DNA of 64,000 nt from Phoronis australis. Lineage: Eukaryota > Animalia > Phoronida. Shown piece by piece: positions 13,363-26,456 of the stretch (positions are counted from its first letter, which is position 1; each line of letters starts with the position of its first letter). The position numbers were made by a program, and so were the translations under genes. The notes under the pieces were generated by a model. That model was not told the origin of the DNA and searched no databases. It saw nothing but the letters and a program-made list of their open reading frames with translations. The stretch is from positions 136,246 through 200,245 of the forward strand of contig NMRA01000150.1 in the NCBI GenBank assembly GCA_002633005.1, given 5' to 3'.

Positions 13363-14162
13363 GCAAACATCTTGCCCCCTACTATCCAAAGAAGAGAGAC
13401 TGAGAATCAAATACCAGCGTCAGCGCATTAGTGAGAGCAGCTCTGGTCATGACAGCGACCATGCATTAAATGGTGAGCAATCTGATGGTGATGATGACAT
13501 ATTCCATGACAGTGATGAGGCTAGCGCCAGGGGCGACGCCTCCAAGAAACCCAAGGGGCTGATTGATGGCCTGTCACAGTTCTTCACGCCGAGCAACAAA
13601 CGCAAGTCACGCGTCTCCCTCAGTGCATTCAGCCTGCCGTCATTTTACAACAGCGGCAGTGTCAAGCCAAAGCCTAGCCAAAAGCGGCAGCAGGCACAGA
13701 GTCGTAGCCAGCAAACTGCTAATCGGCTGATCAAGAAGTCGAGAATGTTACAGGCCAATAAGGGCCGCAGAAAGAACACTGGGCCACCAGGTAGTGGTCA
13801 GCTGAAAGGACTGTTCGATGGCCTGTCACACTTGTTCACAGCACAGGGGGACCGCAAGCGCTCCATGCCGGTTTATGCGTCACCCCCTCGTATTCGTAAA
13901 ATTAAGTTTGACACAGGTCCACCCACGTCCCCGGCCTCAAGCCAGGGTCCCCCAACATTGGAGCCAAGCTGCTCTACCCCGGTGCAACTGGATGAGGAGG
14001 AGGCAACGGTCAGCATGACTAGCCGTGGCCGGGGCAGGGGTGGTGCTGGCCCAACCCGCGACCAGTTCCTGTTCCCCATGCTGGGTCAGAAGCGGCGCCC
14101 CGGTCGACCTCCGGCAAGTTCGTCGGTTGGAAGGGGCAGGGGACGTCCTGGACGGCCTCCGG
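13363..14162 (+). CDS. KAT6: KAT6 large linker exon
   Basis: KAT6-conserved boxes KGLIDGLSQFFTPS and LKGLFDGLSHLFTAQG, plus AT-hook-like RPGRP motifs. Alternative in-frame donors at 14168 and 14174 are possible. Confidence 0.9.
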
Positions 14163-14774
14163 GTAAGAGTAAGAGTGAGTGTCTTGTCCTAGACGTAGTG
14201 GCACCATTGCATCCGACAGTTGACTCTTTCCCGGCCTTGTATTGCCATGGTCTTGCATGTCTTACCTACATTGACTCTCACTTCCATCTTCACACTGTCT
14301 CTTGCTCTTGTATTCTGGGTATGGCTGTGTTTAACTGTCCAGCTAATCTTCTTTCTTTGGTGTTGTGTAAGTGGTTAGCTATTATTACTTGTTTTGCATG
14401 TTAAGTGGTATGGTTTAGTTAACAGCTGTTTGTTTGTCTGGACGGTTTTGTGTGTTTAGCCTTCCTTGTAGACATAGCCCCTCTTGCTTTATCCTTGCTA
14501 TCCTAAACCCCAGCTGTACTAAAGCACCATCTGATTGTTATGGAGTGGGTACATTATCAACCACACAGTTTTTGCATGTTGAAATGGTTTCCTATTAATC
14601 CGCTTCTTTGGTAAAACTGCTCACAATATGTTTACTACTATTTGTTTCTTCAAAGCTCATTGGGTTTAATGATCTTACTAAAATTTCACAAGCCTTGTAA
14701 GTATGAGGTTTCTGCAGTCTGGGTCTGAGTGTTTAGTAGATATGTTACAGTGATGCATTCTAATATCCATTTTT

Positions 14775-16335
14775 ACACGCCCATATATTTATATGTGGAC
14801 ACCTTATGCCGTCATCTCCGTCCGTCCATCCGGGCGGCGTGCGTGCGGCGTCTGTTGCTCTATCTCCAAAACCGATTGACGTATGTTCATGATATCTTGC
14901 ACTTGTGTTCCTTTCATGGATGGGATGGCATGAGCGAACTGCGGACGGATCCGACTACCAGTGTGCCCCCTAGTTACAATTTTAATTTTTTATTTTTTCC
15001 TGTATCTTCAAAGGTCCTCAACATATTTTCACAAAATTTGGTATATAGGCATCTATTAGTGAGTCAATGGTATCCTCCAGTTTTCGGATGGATTCGACGT
15101 AGTTTGCACCACCTAGTGTCCATTTTACTGTTTTTGAGTCAATTTTTTTGGCTTCCGCCTCTCCATCAACCAATCACTTCTGGGGATGATTGTGAAAATT
15201 GGCATGTATGTTCTTACTATGGAGAGGACGGTGGACGATGATTTTCCCTCGACTTGACTACTGTGGCGCCTCCTAATGGCAGTTTTTTTTTTTTTGCGCC
15301 TATGGCTATATCTCCTAAACCGTTGGCAAGATCTTTACTAAATTTGGTAAGTGCATTTATATGATGTTCACAACGGACGACGGCGACTTTGGAACAGATC
15401 TGACTACTGGTGTGCCAACTTATGGCAATTTTATTTTTTTTGCGTTTACTTCTGTCATCAAAGGTCCTCAACGTATTTTCATGAAATTTGGCGTACAGGC
15501 TTCTGTTAGTGAGATGATGCTATCTTTCCATTTTCAGATGGATTCGACCTTGTTTTTTGGCCATTTTTTTAGCTGTTTTTTCGTGTCCACCTCTGTATCA
15601 ACCAAACCGCTTTCAGGATAATTTTGAAAATTGGCATGTATGTTTTTACCATGGAGTGGATGGCTGACGTTGATTTTCCGATGACTTCCACTACTGTGGT
15701 GCCTCCTGGTGGCAATTTTTGTTTTTTTGCGCCCATGGTTGTATCTCTTAAATCGTTTGCAGGATCTTTACTAAAGTTAATAGTGTGTTTATATGGTTTT
15801 GACAACGGTCGACAACGATTTTCGGATGGATCTGACTACTCGTGTGCCCCCTGGTGACAATTTTAGTTTTACGTTTACCTCTGTATCTTCTAAGATCCTC
15901 ATTATGAAGAGGACGGTTGTAGATGACAAGTCTGGTACCTCTTAATGGTTGTTTTGTTTTGTTTTGTGCCCATAGCTGTATCTCCTAAACCCACAACAGG
16001 ATCTTTATTAAATTTAATTAGTAAGTGTATTTATATTAAGCTAACAACACAATGACGACGTTCAGGCGGATCCAATGAGCAGTGTGCCCCCTAGTGGCAA
16101 TTTCATTTTTTCTGTTTTCCTTTGTTTCTCTGAAGTTCCGTGACGGATTTCTATGAAATTTGGTGTATACCTTTCTTTTAAAGAAGCAATGACAAGTTTC
16201 CGTTTTCGGATAGATTGTACATCTTTGTGCCATCTAGTGGCCATTTTTATGATCAAATAAACAACCCTAAAAGCAAAGCATTTGCGATGCATTCGTGGGC
16301 ACATTTCAACGTTCTGCGTAGCTGTTGTTAGTTGT
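14775..16335 (+). mobile_element. Helentron-derived HINE/DINE-1-like repeat, family C, copy 1
   Basis: T-rich insertion site, 5' stem-loop-like head, (CCGT)n microsatellite, then degenerate ~150-bp core units containing GCCNCCTAGTGG. Confidence 0.6.
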
Positions 16336-16434
16336 TCACTTCCAACTGCTTAACAAAAATTACTATGTCATCTCAAGCCCGAGTGACTGAAATAGTTAAC
16401 TTGATGATTTGATTGATCTTTGTGTTTCGCTCAG

Positions 16435-16535
16435 GTTCGGGCAAGACGCAGAAGAGTTCTTCCAGCGGACTACCAGCCTGTGTGACTGACAGGGATGTCG
16501 AGTTGTTCAAGAAGGCACAGGACATAATGCTAAAG
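16435..16535 (+). CDS. KAT6: KAT6 exon preceding the MYST domain
   Basis: cag|..|gtgagt. VTDRDVELFKKAQDIMLK resembles KAT6A TEKDMELFRDIQEQALQK. Confidence 0.92.
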
Positions 16536-17340
16536 GTGAGTATGGACAAGCTCCATCTTGTCTTTAAGGTATCTTGGTCATTATCGGGAGTCAAAGGTTT
16601 TGTTGAAAGTGGCATGCCTACAACACTGTATGACTTACCTTTGTGCCTTTTTAGGGTGGATCTTGTTATTCGTTATTGATTGCACTTCTCTTGTTTTTGT
16701 TGTCAGTTTAATGCAGGTTGTACCATGTTGCTGGAATTCGGACATTGGTTTCTTATTTCGTAAATTTAATCATGATTCAATAAGAATTTTGGTTGCAAAG
16801 TATACTTTCTTGTTTTTTAAAAGCCCCATTTAGCACCATCTTTGAAAACAATTGTTAGTTTGAGTTTGCATTATAGGGTGAGGCCCTTTCCTTATTACAC
16901 GTGATGAATCTAATGGCTGAATGAAGCCCATTGAAGGCTTCTGTGGGATGGTACATGGCTGCTAACTTGATTTATTACAGTGTGCAGTTTGTGATTTGGG
17001 TTTGACCTGGTTAGCACTGCGTGGGTTATTATTTAGTTTAAGAAAGTGGGCTCTTTGGTATGCCATCCGGCGTCCACAGCTGTTTCTCCTAAACTCCATA
17101 CAGAATCTTGATGAGATTTGACAGATATGTTCCTATGATGCTAATGACAGACGACGACAACTTTCAGACGGATCCGACTATTGGTGTACCCCCTAGTGGC
17201 AATTTTATTTTTTTACCTTTACCTCTGTATCTTAAAAAGTCCTCTACAGGTTTTCATGAAATTTGGTACATAAGCATTCATTAGTTAGGGGACACTATCC
17301 TCTAGTTTTCGGATGGATTTGAGGTATTTTGTGCCACATA

Positions 17341-17855
17341 CTGGGCTTGGAATTTTCCGCGGAAACGCGGATTTCCACTTTTTTCAAATGTTCTGTCTGC
17401 GCATTTTATTATATTTCTGCGTAAAAAAATCGGATTTGATATTAAATTTCCGCGGCAAATTCCTTTCTTACCGCGGCTTTGCCGACGACGTTCGCCTCGA
17501 AAAGCGGAAGTTGCTCTTTATGTTTAGGAGGAACGTATATTGTCAACATTGCCGGGGGCATCTGGGATAGCGTGGTGGGATTTTCAGTGGTGACTCGTGT
17601 GATTGTAAACTGCGGTGACAAAACTACGGCTCCGCAGCCAAAAATGTGTGGGGGTGGGAGTGGACGGACGAGCTGAAGAGACGCGGGTGCATGCTACTGA
17701 TGGTGGTAACGTTTTTTTATTTTTTGAAATTTTTTTTAAGTCCTCCCGACTTTTGTCGGCGAAAGGCTCACATCGTCTATTTCAAAGCTGTGTAGCGCGC
17801 GTGTTTTGGGCCGTAAAAGTTTCCGCGTTTTTGTCATTGGTCATTCCAAGCCTTG
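17341..17855 (+). mobile_element. hAT-like MITE, family A, copy 2
   Basis: CTGGGCTTGGAAT ... ATTCCAAGCCTTG with a perfect 6-bp TSD CACATA. Confidence 0.85.
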
Positions 17856-18417
17856 CACATAGTGTCCCATGTTTACTGCTGTTGAATCTGTTTTTTCGCG
17901 GTTGCTCCCCTATCAACCATACCACTCAGGATGATTGTGAAAATTAGCATATATGTTCTTAGTGTGTAGAGAACGGTTGATGATGATTTTCCGACGATGT
18001 CGACTACTGTGGCGCCTCTTAGAGGCGTTTTATTGTGCCCATAGCTGCATCTCCTAATCCCCTCGCAATATCTTGATGGGATTGGGCAGGTGTGTTCCTA
18101 TGAAGCTGACAACGAATGACGATGAATTTCGGATGGATCCGACCACGGGTGTGCCTCCTAGTGGCAATTTTTTTTACATTTACCTTTCAATCTTCAAAGG
18201 TCCTCGATAGATTTTCGTGAAGTTAGGTGCACAGGCATTAATTATTGAGGTGATGCTATCCTCGAGGTTTCAGATAGATTTGAGGCATTTTGTGCCACCT
18301 ATTGGCCACTTTTACTATTTTCATTTCTGTTTTTTTGGCGCCCTCCCCTCTATCTACCAAACGACTCAAAAGATGTTTGTGAAAATTGGCGTATATGTTC
18401 TTAGTGTGAAGAGGACA

Positions 18418-21035
18418 CTGGCTTTCAAGCGTTCCTACTTTTACTACTTTTTCTTACTTTTTTGGCCTGTTCCTACTTTTCCTACTTTTTTTCTGAAATT
18501 CCTAATATTTCCTACTTTTTCCTACTTTTTTTCTCATTGCACTAAAAGTAGTGTGTAGTTGTTTTAGGTTATTAGGAATGGCTCACAAAGGACTTCCTCC
18601 AGCACAAGCGATGCTAACCAAAAGACTATGTAATTGGACAGCCAGCAGGACTTGACACTTTTGAGTGTAAAAGGTTTGAGTTAGTAATTCTATTGTATAT
18701 CACCTACCATTGAAGGAAAGGGGCGTATTAAGTTGCACAATCCTGGGGTTTGGTCCATGGGTGATCCAAAAGAGGACACAAAAATCCATTCATTTTGAGT
18801 GCAACACCTGTTTCAAGTTTATTTCATTCAGATCACCACTCAAATTAAAATGATGCAACTTAAGACATGAAAAGGCTTGGAGTTATTAAGATGCCTACTA
18901 ACTAACAACCAGTTATCAATTTATTTCAACTTTTAAGTGCAATAAAATTCTTTTTCCAAAAGATAGTTTAATAACTCTGGACACCATATCCACAACTTAA
19001 GGCGCCATTTCTCCTGGAGTAGCGGATAAGATGGGGTTGTTTGGACCTTAAGGGATAACAAGACTCCCAAATATGAACTTGTATAAAAAAGAGGAAATAC
19101 TACAATTTTTATTTCTGCTATGGATAAAACATTATTTGAAATGAACAACAATACAAGTTAAGACACAAAAATTCCTGGTGTAACCAATAAAGACACTTGT
19201 TAATTAACGACCAATAAATGATCTATTTAAAGATGTATTTGCATGCTCTGATCTACGCTAATGTATAACAGGAACAAAACGACAATTTTATTTGAACATC
19301 ATCTATGCTAAACAAAGTGGAGTTGTATTCATTGACAACTTGTAAATGTGAAAACGACTTTTGCACTAATGATGTACCTTGGAGGCACACATAGCCCGCA
19401 TCATGCAGTGTTATTCCCCAACTCTATGGACGCGGTTGAGTGGATCATTTTTGTCACAAAACTCATTCTCAAAAGCATGTGACAATTTGCAACGTACTTC
19501 ATATTCACATGGTTGCTATATGTTGTGTTTCTAACTTATTTGACCAAGCAATCGGAGATAAGGAACAAGTTCCTCTTCAAACTTTTATGTGCAACAAAAA
19601 TTCTTTTCCCAAAACATAAATTAGCAACATTGGACACCATAACCACAACTTAAGATGCAAATTTCCTAAGCACCCATTTGAGAAGCTTAAAAGCATCGAG
19701 GGCAGCAGTATTCCACCGTGTGAAGCTGAACTACTTCTTCACGTGGATAGAAGTGCATTTACTGGTAGACTATGGGGCACAAATCTTGGACAAAACAATC
19801 GCATCATTTGGTTCAGTGGAGAACAGATGCCCCTCTGCACTCATTCCAGAAGTTCAATTTTGAAACAAAGCCAGATGACAATGGTGGCGGTGCTGAAAGA
19901 GTTTATGGTATGGATAGTGATGTAGTCGAAATTCATGACCCTCTACCAAGAAAAATGGAATCATCTGATGAAGAGAGTGACGATCACGACTTAGATGTTT
20001 GCTGTCAAGTTACAACAGAGTGAATAGTTATCATTGCATTTTGGATTTTAGTTTTGTAGTATGAAACAATAGACTATGCCATGCATCACAATCCCATGTA
20101 CTTTCATTTCTTGCCACTAGATATGCTTCAAGCTTTAGTTTGTAGCCAGCTTATATAGTTACCCAAGATGTATCTTACCTTAATTTTTGTTTCATTTTTG
20201 TTGTTTTTGAGAGTAAATTGGTCATGTCTTCAGAGGTGTTTTTCTTTATTTGAAATAGTTTTTATCCATAGTAATCACAATTGTTGTCTTTCCTCTTTTA
20301 TACATTCAAATTTTGTATTTCCTCGTTTATTAGGTCATTTTTGAGGGTATATCCTTCGGGGTCCAAAAACAGGAAAAATGGCATCTTAAGTTGTGGATAT
20401 GGTGTCTGGAGTTAATAATCAATCTTTTGGAAAAATTTTTTTGATGCACTTAAAAGTTTAAATAAATTGATAATTGGTCGTTATGATTAGTAGGTGTCTT
20501 AAGTTGTACCATTTTAATTTGAGGTTTGATTTGAATGAAATAAACTTGAAACGGATATTGCACTTGAAATGTAAATTAAATGGATTCTTGGGTCCTCTTT
20601 TGGACCTTCCCCCCAGGGACCCTCTTTTGGACCTTCCTCCCAGGGACCCTCTTTTGGACCTTCCCCCCAGGGACCCTCTTTTGGACCTTTCCCCCAAAGA
20701 CCTCTTTTGGACCTTCCCCCCCCAGGGACCCTCTTTTGGACCTTCCCCCCAGGGACAAAGCCCAGGATTGTGCAACTTTCCTTCAATGGTAGGTGACGTA
20801 TAATTAGAATTACGCAGTCAAACCTTTTGCACTCAAAAGTGTGAATAAAGTTCTGGTGGTTCTTCAACTAACGATAAGTATTGCCTGAGACATGAGGTAA
20901 ACGTCAGTGGTAAATATCGATGAGAACTATTGAACGCCTGCTCTTGTTCCTACTTTTCACTTCACAATTCCTACTTTTTCTTGGTTTTTTTGAAAATGTG
21001 TCGTACTTTTTTGCCTAAAACCGCTTGAAAGCCTG
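18418..21035 (+). mobile_element. Composite hAT-like element, family B, copy 2
   Basis: CTGGCTTTCAAGCG ... CGCTTGAAAGCCTG with a perfect 6-bp TSD AGGACA. Internal long inverted repeats (about 18655-19150 versus 20250-20843) flank an Academ-like C-terminal fragment (19670-20023). Confidence 0.85.
20590..20757 (+). repeat. 27-bp minisatellite, about 6 copies (CCTCTTTTGGACCTTCCCCCCAGGGAC)
   Basis: Tandem units visible directly; they explain the repetitive ORFs in several frames here. Confidence 0.9.
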
Positions 21036-24000
21036 AGGACAGTTGGCGATGATTTTGTGATGACTTTGATTACCATGGGGCCTCCTAGTAGCAGTTTTGT
21101 TTTTTTGCACCCTTAGCTGTATCTCCTAAACCCACTGCAGGATCTTTATTAAATTTAGCAAGAGTGTTTATATGACAACGGAGGACAATTACTTTCTGAC
21201 GGATCCAACAAATGCTGTGCCCTCTGGTGGCAATTTTTCCGTTTTCCTGTTTCTTTAGAGTTCCTGGATGGATTTTTATGCAGTGTGGTTAATAGGTTTC
21301 TATAAAGTTCTAGTAGTACATGTTTTTAACCCTTATTAACTGGTTGGAAGAAATTATTAGGTACCACGCAGTACCTATCCCATAACCAATACACAAACCG
21401 TAGTCGAAGAAAGTTTAAACAAACGCGCCACTCCCGATTCCGACCTGAAGAACTCACCACCATTTTGAACTAACTGCGAAACCGGAAGTACATTTCATTT
21501 ATGAACCCAGGCTTAAGAACGCTGGCTGTGCGACAGGAGAAGTGTATGTTACCAGCCTGCAAACGGGGATAAAATAATCAACAGCGGACCTTAATTTTAA
21601 TAAAACTTAAATCAAAATAGGGACAATTTCTACTGAAACTGTTGTCAAAATGTGGCAAAATATATTTTGACAGATTTTTTGCCGGACACTGAACTGCAGC
21701 CAATGATTTGGTGCTGACCGATCGAGACCACTACACTGGCAAAAGACGAAGGCATGTCGTCCCTGGCTGTTTTATCGGAATAAATGGTTCAAATTGTAAT
21801 GCTGTATACATACAAAGATAGTTTCAGACACTTGCATAAAATTACGGACTAGTCACAGTCCTGTGCCAATAATTGAATAACAAGGCCGACTATGGCGGGC
21901 TAGGCTAACCGTGCCTTACTGGATGTGGTTAATTCTGGTAAACAAACAGTTTAAGTAGAACAATGAACATGCAGTATCAAAATAACAATAAAATTGCTAT
22001 ACAGTTAGAATATCCTGACCATTAAACTTGCAAAAATGTCTAAAATAAATTTAGACGGAAACTAAGATACCGGCGGTGGTCTCCCACGACTTCCGTTACG
22101 GCCGGGCAGCTGACTGCCTGCAAATAGCAATGAACGACATAATACTATTTGGTGGCGAAATAACTTCAGGAACAAAACTTGCCGTGGTGCCAAATGGTAT
22201 AATATAAGTATTAATGAGTTTAAGGTAAAAGGAACAATTCCCACATTGCCAGAAACATTCGTATTAGCTGCTACCCTGCGGAACCAGACCGCCTGGCTTG
22301 CTGTGCGCAAACATCTGTGCTCCGCGAGGCAAGATGAACACATTAATTAGCTACGCTGGCCTTGAATGAGTGAAATTCCTGTGGCAAAAAGATTAGAAAA
22401 TACTGTATCACGTTCCTAACACTTCAACAATTTCCCATTGCTGATATTCATATCATTAACTAAAATTCACTCCTTTCCCCCTGTTCATAGCATGGAATTT
22501 TTATATTTGAACAACAGAGGTATATGTTGTAAATTTTTGTCAGGTTTTAAATTATATTTCCCTAATAATTAAAAAATCAAAGCTAATTTAGCGAAGAGTC
22601 ACGCCAACTGCAGCGGAATTACTTCGTCAGTTACTGTGTCCGGGCAGCACATTCAAAAAACAGGTGCGCGTTATTGCAATTGAGGTGCGGAGCTCACTGT
22701 TTTGAGATAAAACTTGTTTTTGTTTGTTGAAACATCGCCGTGTGTGGATGTTTTTTTTCTATTTTACATTTTTAACAGCCAGTAAAGCCATTGCCGATTT
22801 GCTGCCAAGTACACACTGCGCTCACACGTCCAGGTAGTCACAAGGCAATATGCTCACTTCAGGCTGGTACAAGACATTTGCTGATCAAGAAAGTTTTTTC
22901 CTCTATTTATTACAAAACGGGTACTGAAAGATGCTGTACCTTTGTGATGAGCCAGTGCTGACCTCAATAGCCGAGGGTTGGCTGCGGGGATGCGACGTAC
23001 TTCACAAACTTATGATTATGCATTAAATACCATTTCTCATATGCAAAAAAAACAGGTAAAATTTGGACAATAAATAATCAGTTTTGTATAAAAGGAACCA
23101 ACATGAGAATCAAAAACAAGCAAACAAAGTAACAATGCATTTTCGCTCACGGTGATATCAATACTTTTTCAAGGACAACATGACCGTCATTCAGGAATCA
23201 TTCCAGAATTGATGCACAGGAACTCAGGTCAGGAAATAGCGGGAATAGGCTGAGGTATAAAATTGTGCTCAAAAAGGAGTTTGATAACAGAAAGGATGTG
23301 AACATTATGCCATGTTACATATTACTGAATTTGGTATATATCTTTAAGTTTTTGAACGAGATTGCTGTTAGAGATAAGTGCTTTAAAAAACGATGAGATG
23401 TTCTTGTTTTCTGAAGGATTTGACGTATTTTGCACCACCCAGTGGCCATTTTTTGCTGTTTTCCATCCTGTTTTTTGCCATGTGGATGATTTAGTCCAGT
23501 CATTCTATGGAAAACCCGGAAATAATTGCAACAGAAGGTTTTAATTATGAACTTGTGACATGTGTTCCTACTGAGAAAATAATTGCCTACTATGATCTTC
23601 AGACAGCTCAAACTACTGTGGGTCCTCCTAGTGGCATTTTTTAATGTCAGCGGCTGCATCTCCTAAACCCTCTGCAGGACCTTAGTTAATTTTTATGCGT
23701 CCACATATTTATTGATGGACCCATTATGCGGTCATCTCTGTCCGTCTGTCCGGCGTCTGCTGCTCTATTTCCAAAACCCTTTGACATACGTTCATGAAAT
23801 TTTGCACTTATGTTCCTTTCATGGATGGGATGTGTTATTTGCAGTTTTTTCTGTTTGACACGTTTTCCCTGTTTTTTTGCCCTTTTTCTTGGATAATACT
23901 TCAGGAATCAAGGAAAATGTTTGATTTTTAGAGGAAAAAACAAAAATCTACGTGGGGCAAACCCTCCTCCTGACCTCCCCCCATTCGGTGCTATGCGCAT

Positions 24001-24733
24001 CTACAATCATGGTTTGCGCAAATGCTTACAGACAAAATGTTAGGCCCCCCCTTGTGATATCCTAGATTCGCCTCTGTATAGGTTGATGTTAGCTGCTGAA
24101 CTACTGAATTGATGAAATTGTTTTAATGCACACTTCTGTTATTGATCTCGTCTGATGTAAATTCAAATATTAGTTTGGATTTTGTTGGACTTTGGTGGTG
24201 GTGCACTAATAACTTATCGTGAGCTTGATAGTGTTGTGTTGTAGATATGCGAGTGATTGGCTGAATGAAGGGAGAACAACGCTCCTTGTTTTCTGCCCTT
24301 TTGTTTTGGTGCAGTCTTCACATGGTGGTAAAGCAGATAGTTGTCAGATTTTAGTGGCTGAACATCTCTGGTTTCTCTTTTAGTGGTGGCTATATACAAA
24401 GGGTCATTTTGTGGCTAATTTAGTTGTCGCGTAGTCCTATTAAACTTTCATTTGAGCAGCAAGAAACCGTGGAATAAAATAACCATTAACACCATTTGTT
24501 TGAGTGATTTTTAATCTACCTATTAAAGATTAAAAGAGCCAGCCATTTCACCGTCATGTGAATGTTGCTATTTTTTCTTTGGGCTTTATTGTAACTAAGT
24601 TTAACTGGTTCGGGTACTTGGTGGATTAAGTATTATTTGCTTAAAATTTTTCATTTGATTTTGCTTATTTCGTTGTTATTGTTGCTGTGCCGCACCAGTA
24701 TGGGTTTGCTGCATTCGATCTAGTCGTGGGATC

Positions 24734-25222
24734 CAGGCCTTTATCCAGGATTTTGAAAATAGGGTGTCCAAAATGGGGTTCCCAATATTACAGGGCGTCC
24801 ATGATTCCGACGCGTAACCCCCCACCCCCATCAATACCCCCAAACACATAGATTTTTTTACAAAAAATGCATAGATCAAGGTTTTTACATCTAAGTTTAT
24901 CAAACAGCCTTCTATGGTGAGCATTTTTACTAAAAAAACTGTGTAGACCAAGACTTACAATGCTGTCAATCAAGTGTCAAAATACTGACAATGCATATAC
25001 TTTGTATATACATTGTATATTTCTTCCTGCTTTGAAAAAAAAGCCCCCACTATGAGCCTTCAGAGGCTTCCTAGTATTCATTACAATGTGTGAGTCCAAA
25101 CTTGAAAGGTTCCTATTGACAATGGGCGTCCAAATGATACATTGGGCGTCCTTGCCAGGGAGCTCATATTAGTGCTAGGGCGTCCATTTGGACGCCCAGG
25201 ACGTACTCTGCATGAAGGTCTG
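24734..25222 (+). mobile_element. hAT-like MITE, family D, copy 1
   Basis: CAGGCCTTTATCCAG ... CTGCATGAAGGTCTG; 8-bp TSD GTGGGATC/ATGGGATC; inverted homolog at 50415-50883. Confidence 0.85.
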
Positions 25223-26456
25223 ATGGGATCCAGTTTCTAAGTTCACTCTAGTGCTTAGACACTCAACTTCCATTTCTTACTCTGCTCTCGCAAAATTAAT
25301 GTTTGGATTCAATTCCGTGTCCAGGTCCTTCATACGCCGGAAGCTGCTGCGGCAAGTTAAAAGAGACAGTCATGCTTACATGCTTACGGTAAAAATTCCC
25401 AAATTTTGGACACCTTAATCCAACCCCAAACTGAAACGTTTGATTCTGAAATTTGGGACACGGTTGAATTTGAAATTCACCATTTTTCTCAAACTTTGGA
25501 CTGGTCAACTTGCAGCGGCACTGGCCGTAATTCTCACATTTCTGACTGCACTTTTTCGCATGATCAGGGGCTGAATGTAAATCTGGAAGTTAATTAAGTG
25601 ACGGTGATTACTTATGCATTGTTTAAAAGTGCCGCCGGTATAATGTATTGACTGATGTCACAGTCTATAGTTATCAATGTGTATGGCTTGTGTATATCTC
25701 ACACGTTCTCTTGCCAGTCATAATCAGGGACTATTTGCCATGCTTGATCGCAGTTTCACTATGCAAATGAAATGTATGTTTTCAGACTTTTGGGTTATCG
25801 CCACAGTGTCACGTATTGTATTTGGATTAACAGCTAATTAATAAGCACCGGTGATGAGACCGTTGTGTTACTTAGTCAGATCCCGGGTTCACGGCTCCGA
25901 TTTTTTTCTGCGAACCTTCCGGCACCCCGACCTTCACTATTGGTATGCCATGCACCTGAATTGGCGAAACAATGTTGTTCAGTGTCAAGTTACAACAGAG
26001 ATGACTTTGTGAGAAGCAAAAATCCATGTTCTACTTTGTCGTGCAGTATATGTTAAAAATTTTCACGTTGTAGATATACCTTTATGTCTCCCTGCTGACA
26101 TTCTATTTACTAGCCTATTTTGTATTCTACAACAAATGCGTGGGCTCTCTCGCACTAAGGTTAAGAATTTTGAAGCCATCTAAAACAGATTGTGAGCCTA
26201 TTTGTCTTTAGTCAAAGCTGCTCAGTTTCCACCTGTCCCCAGTCTCTTCCATGGGTTGTTTGACCCATAGTGTCTGATTTGTAAGATAAACCTGGGCCTG
26301 AAGCGGAGATCAATCTAAATCCGTATACACGCACAAAAGATAAACCAAATATATTCACGAGCGGATGGCACTGCTATCGGGCTGTAGTGAACATAGGGCA
26401 AATATAATTACAACAGCAGTAGTACTAGGAATGCAAGGGCCGAGATTATCGGAACG

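Larger units (their letters stand above)
17060..23850 (+). mobile_element. HINE-like family C array interrupted by three nested insertions
   Basis: Core units at 17060-17340, 17860-18417, 21036-21300 and 23320-23690, with a new head at about 23692. The insertions split core units at clean TSDs (CACATA, AGGACA). Confidence 0.6.

Noticed and set aside
14163-14404. Continuation of the 350-aa ORF past the donor site
   Set aside because: Composition turns T-rich and intron-like after strong GT donors; conserved KAT6 sequence resumes at 16435.
14729-15857. Cluster of 77-170-aa ORFs
   Set aside because: They fall in the degenerate HINE-like core repeats and show no protein-family motifs.
20458-20867. 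Several overlapping repetitive ORFs (LLDLPPRDP, GPKEGPWGE)
   Set aside because: By-product of the 27-bp minisatellite.
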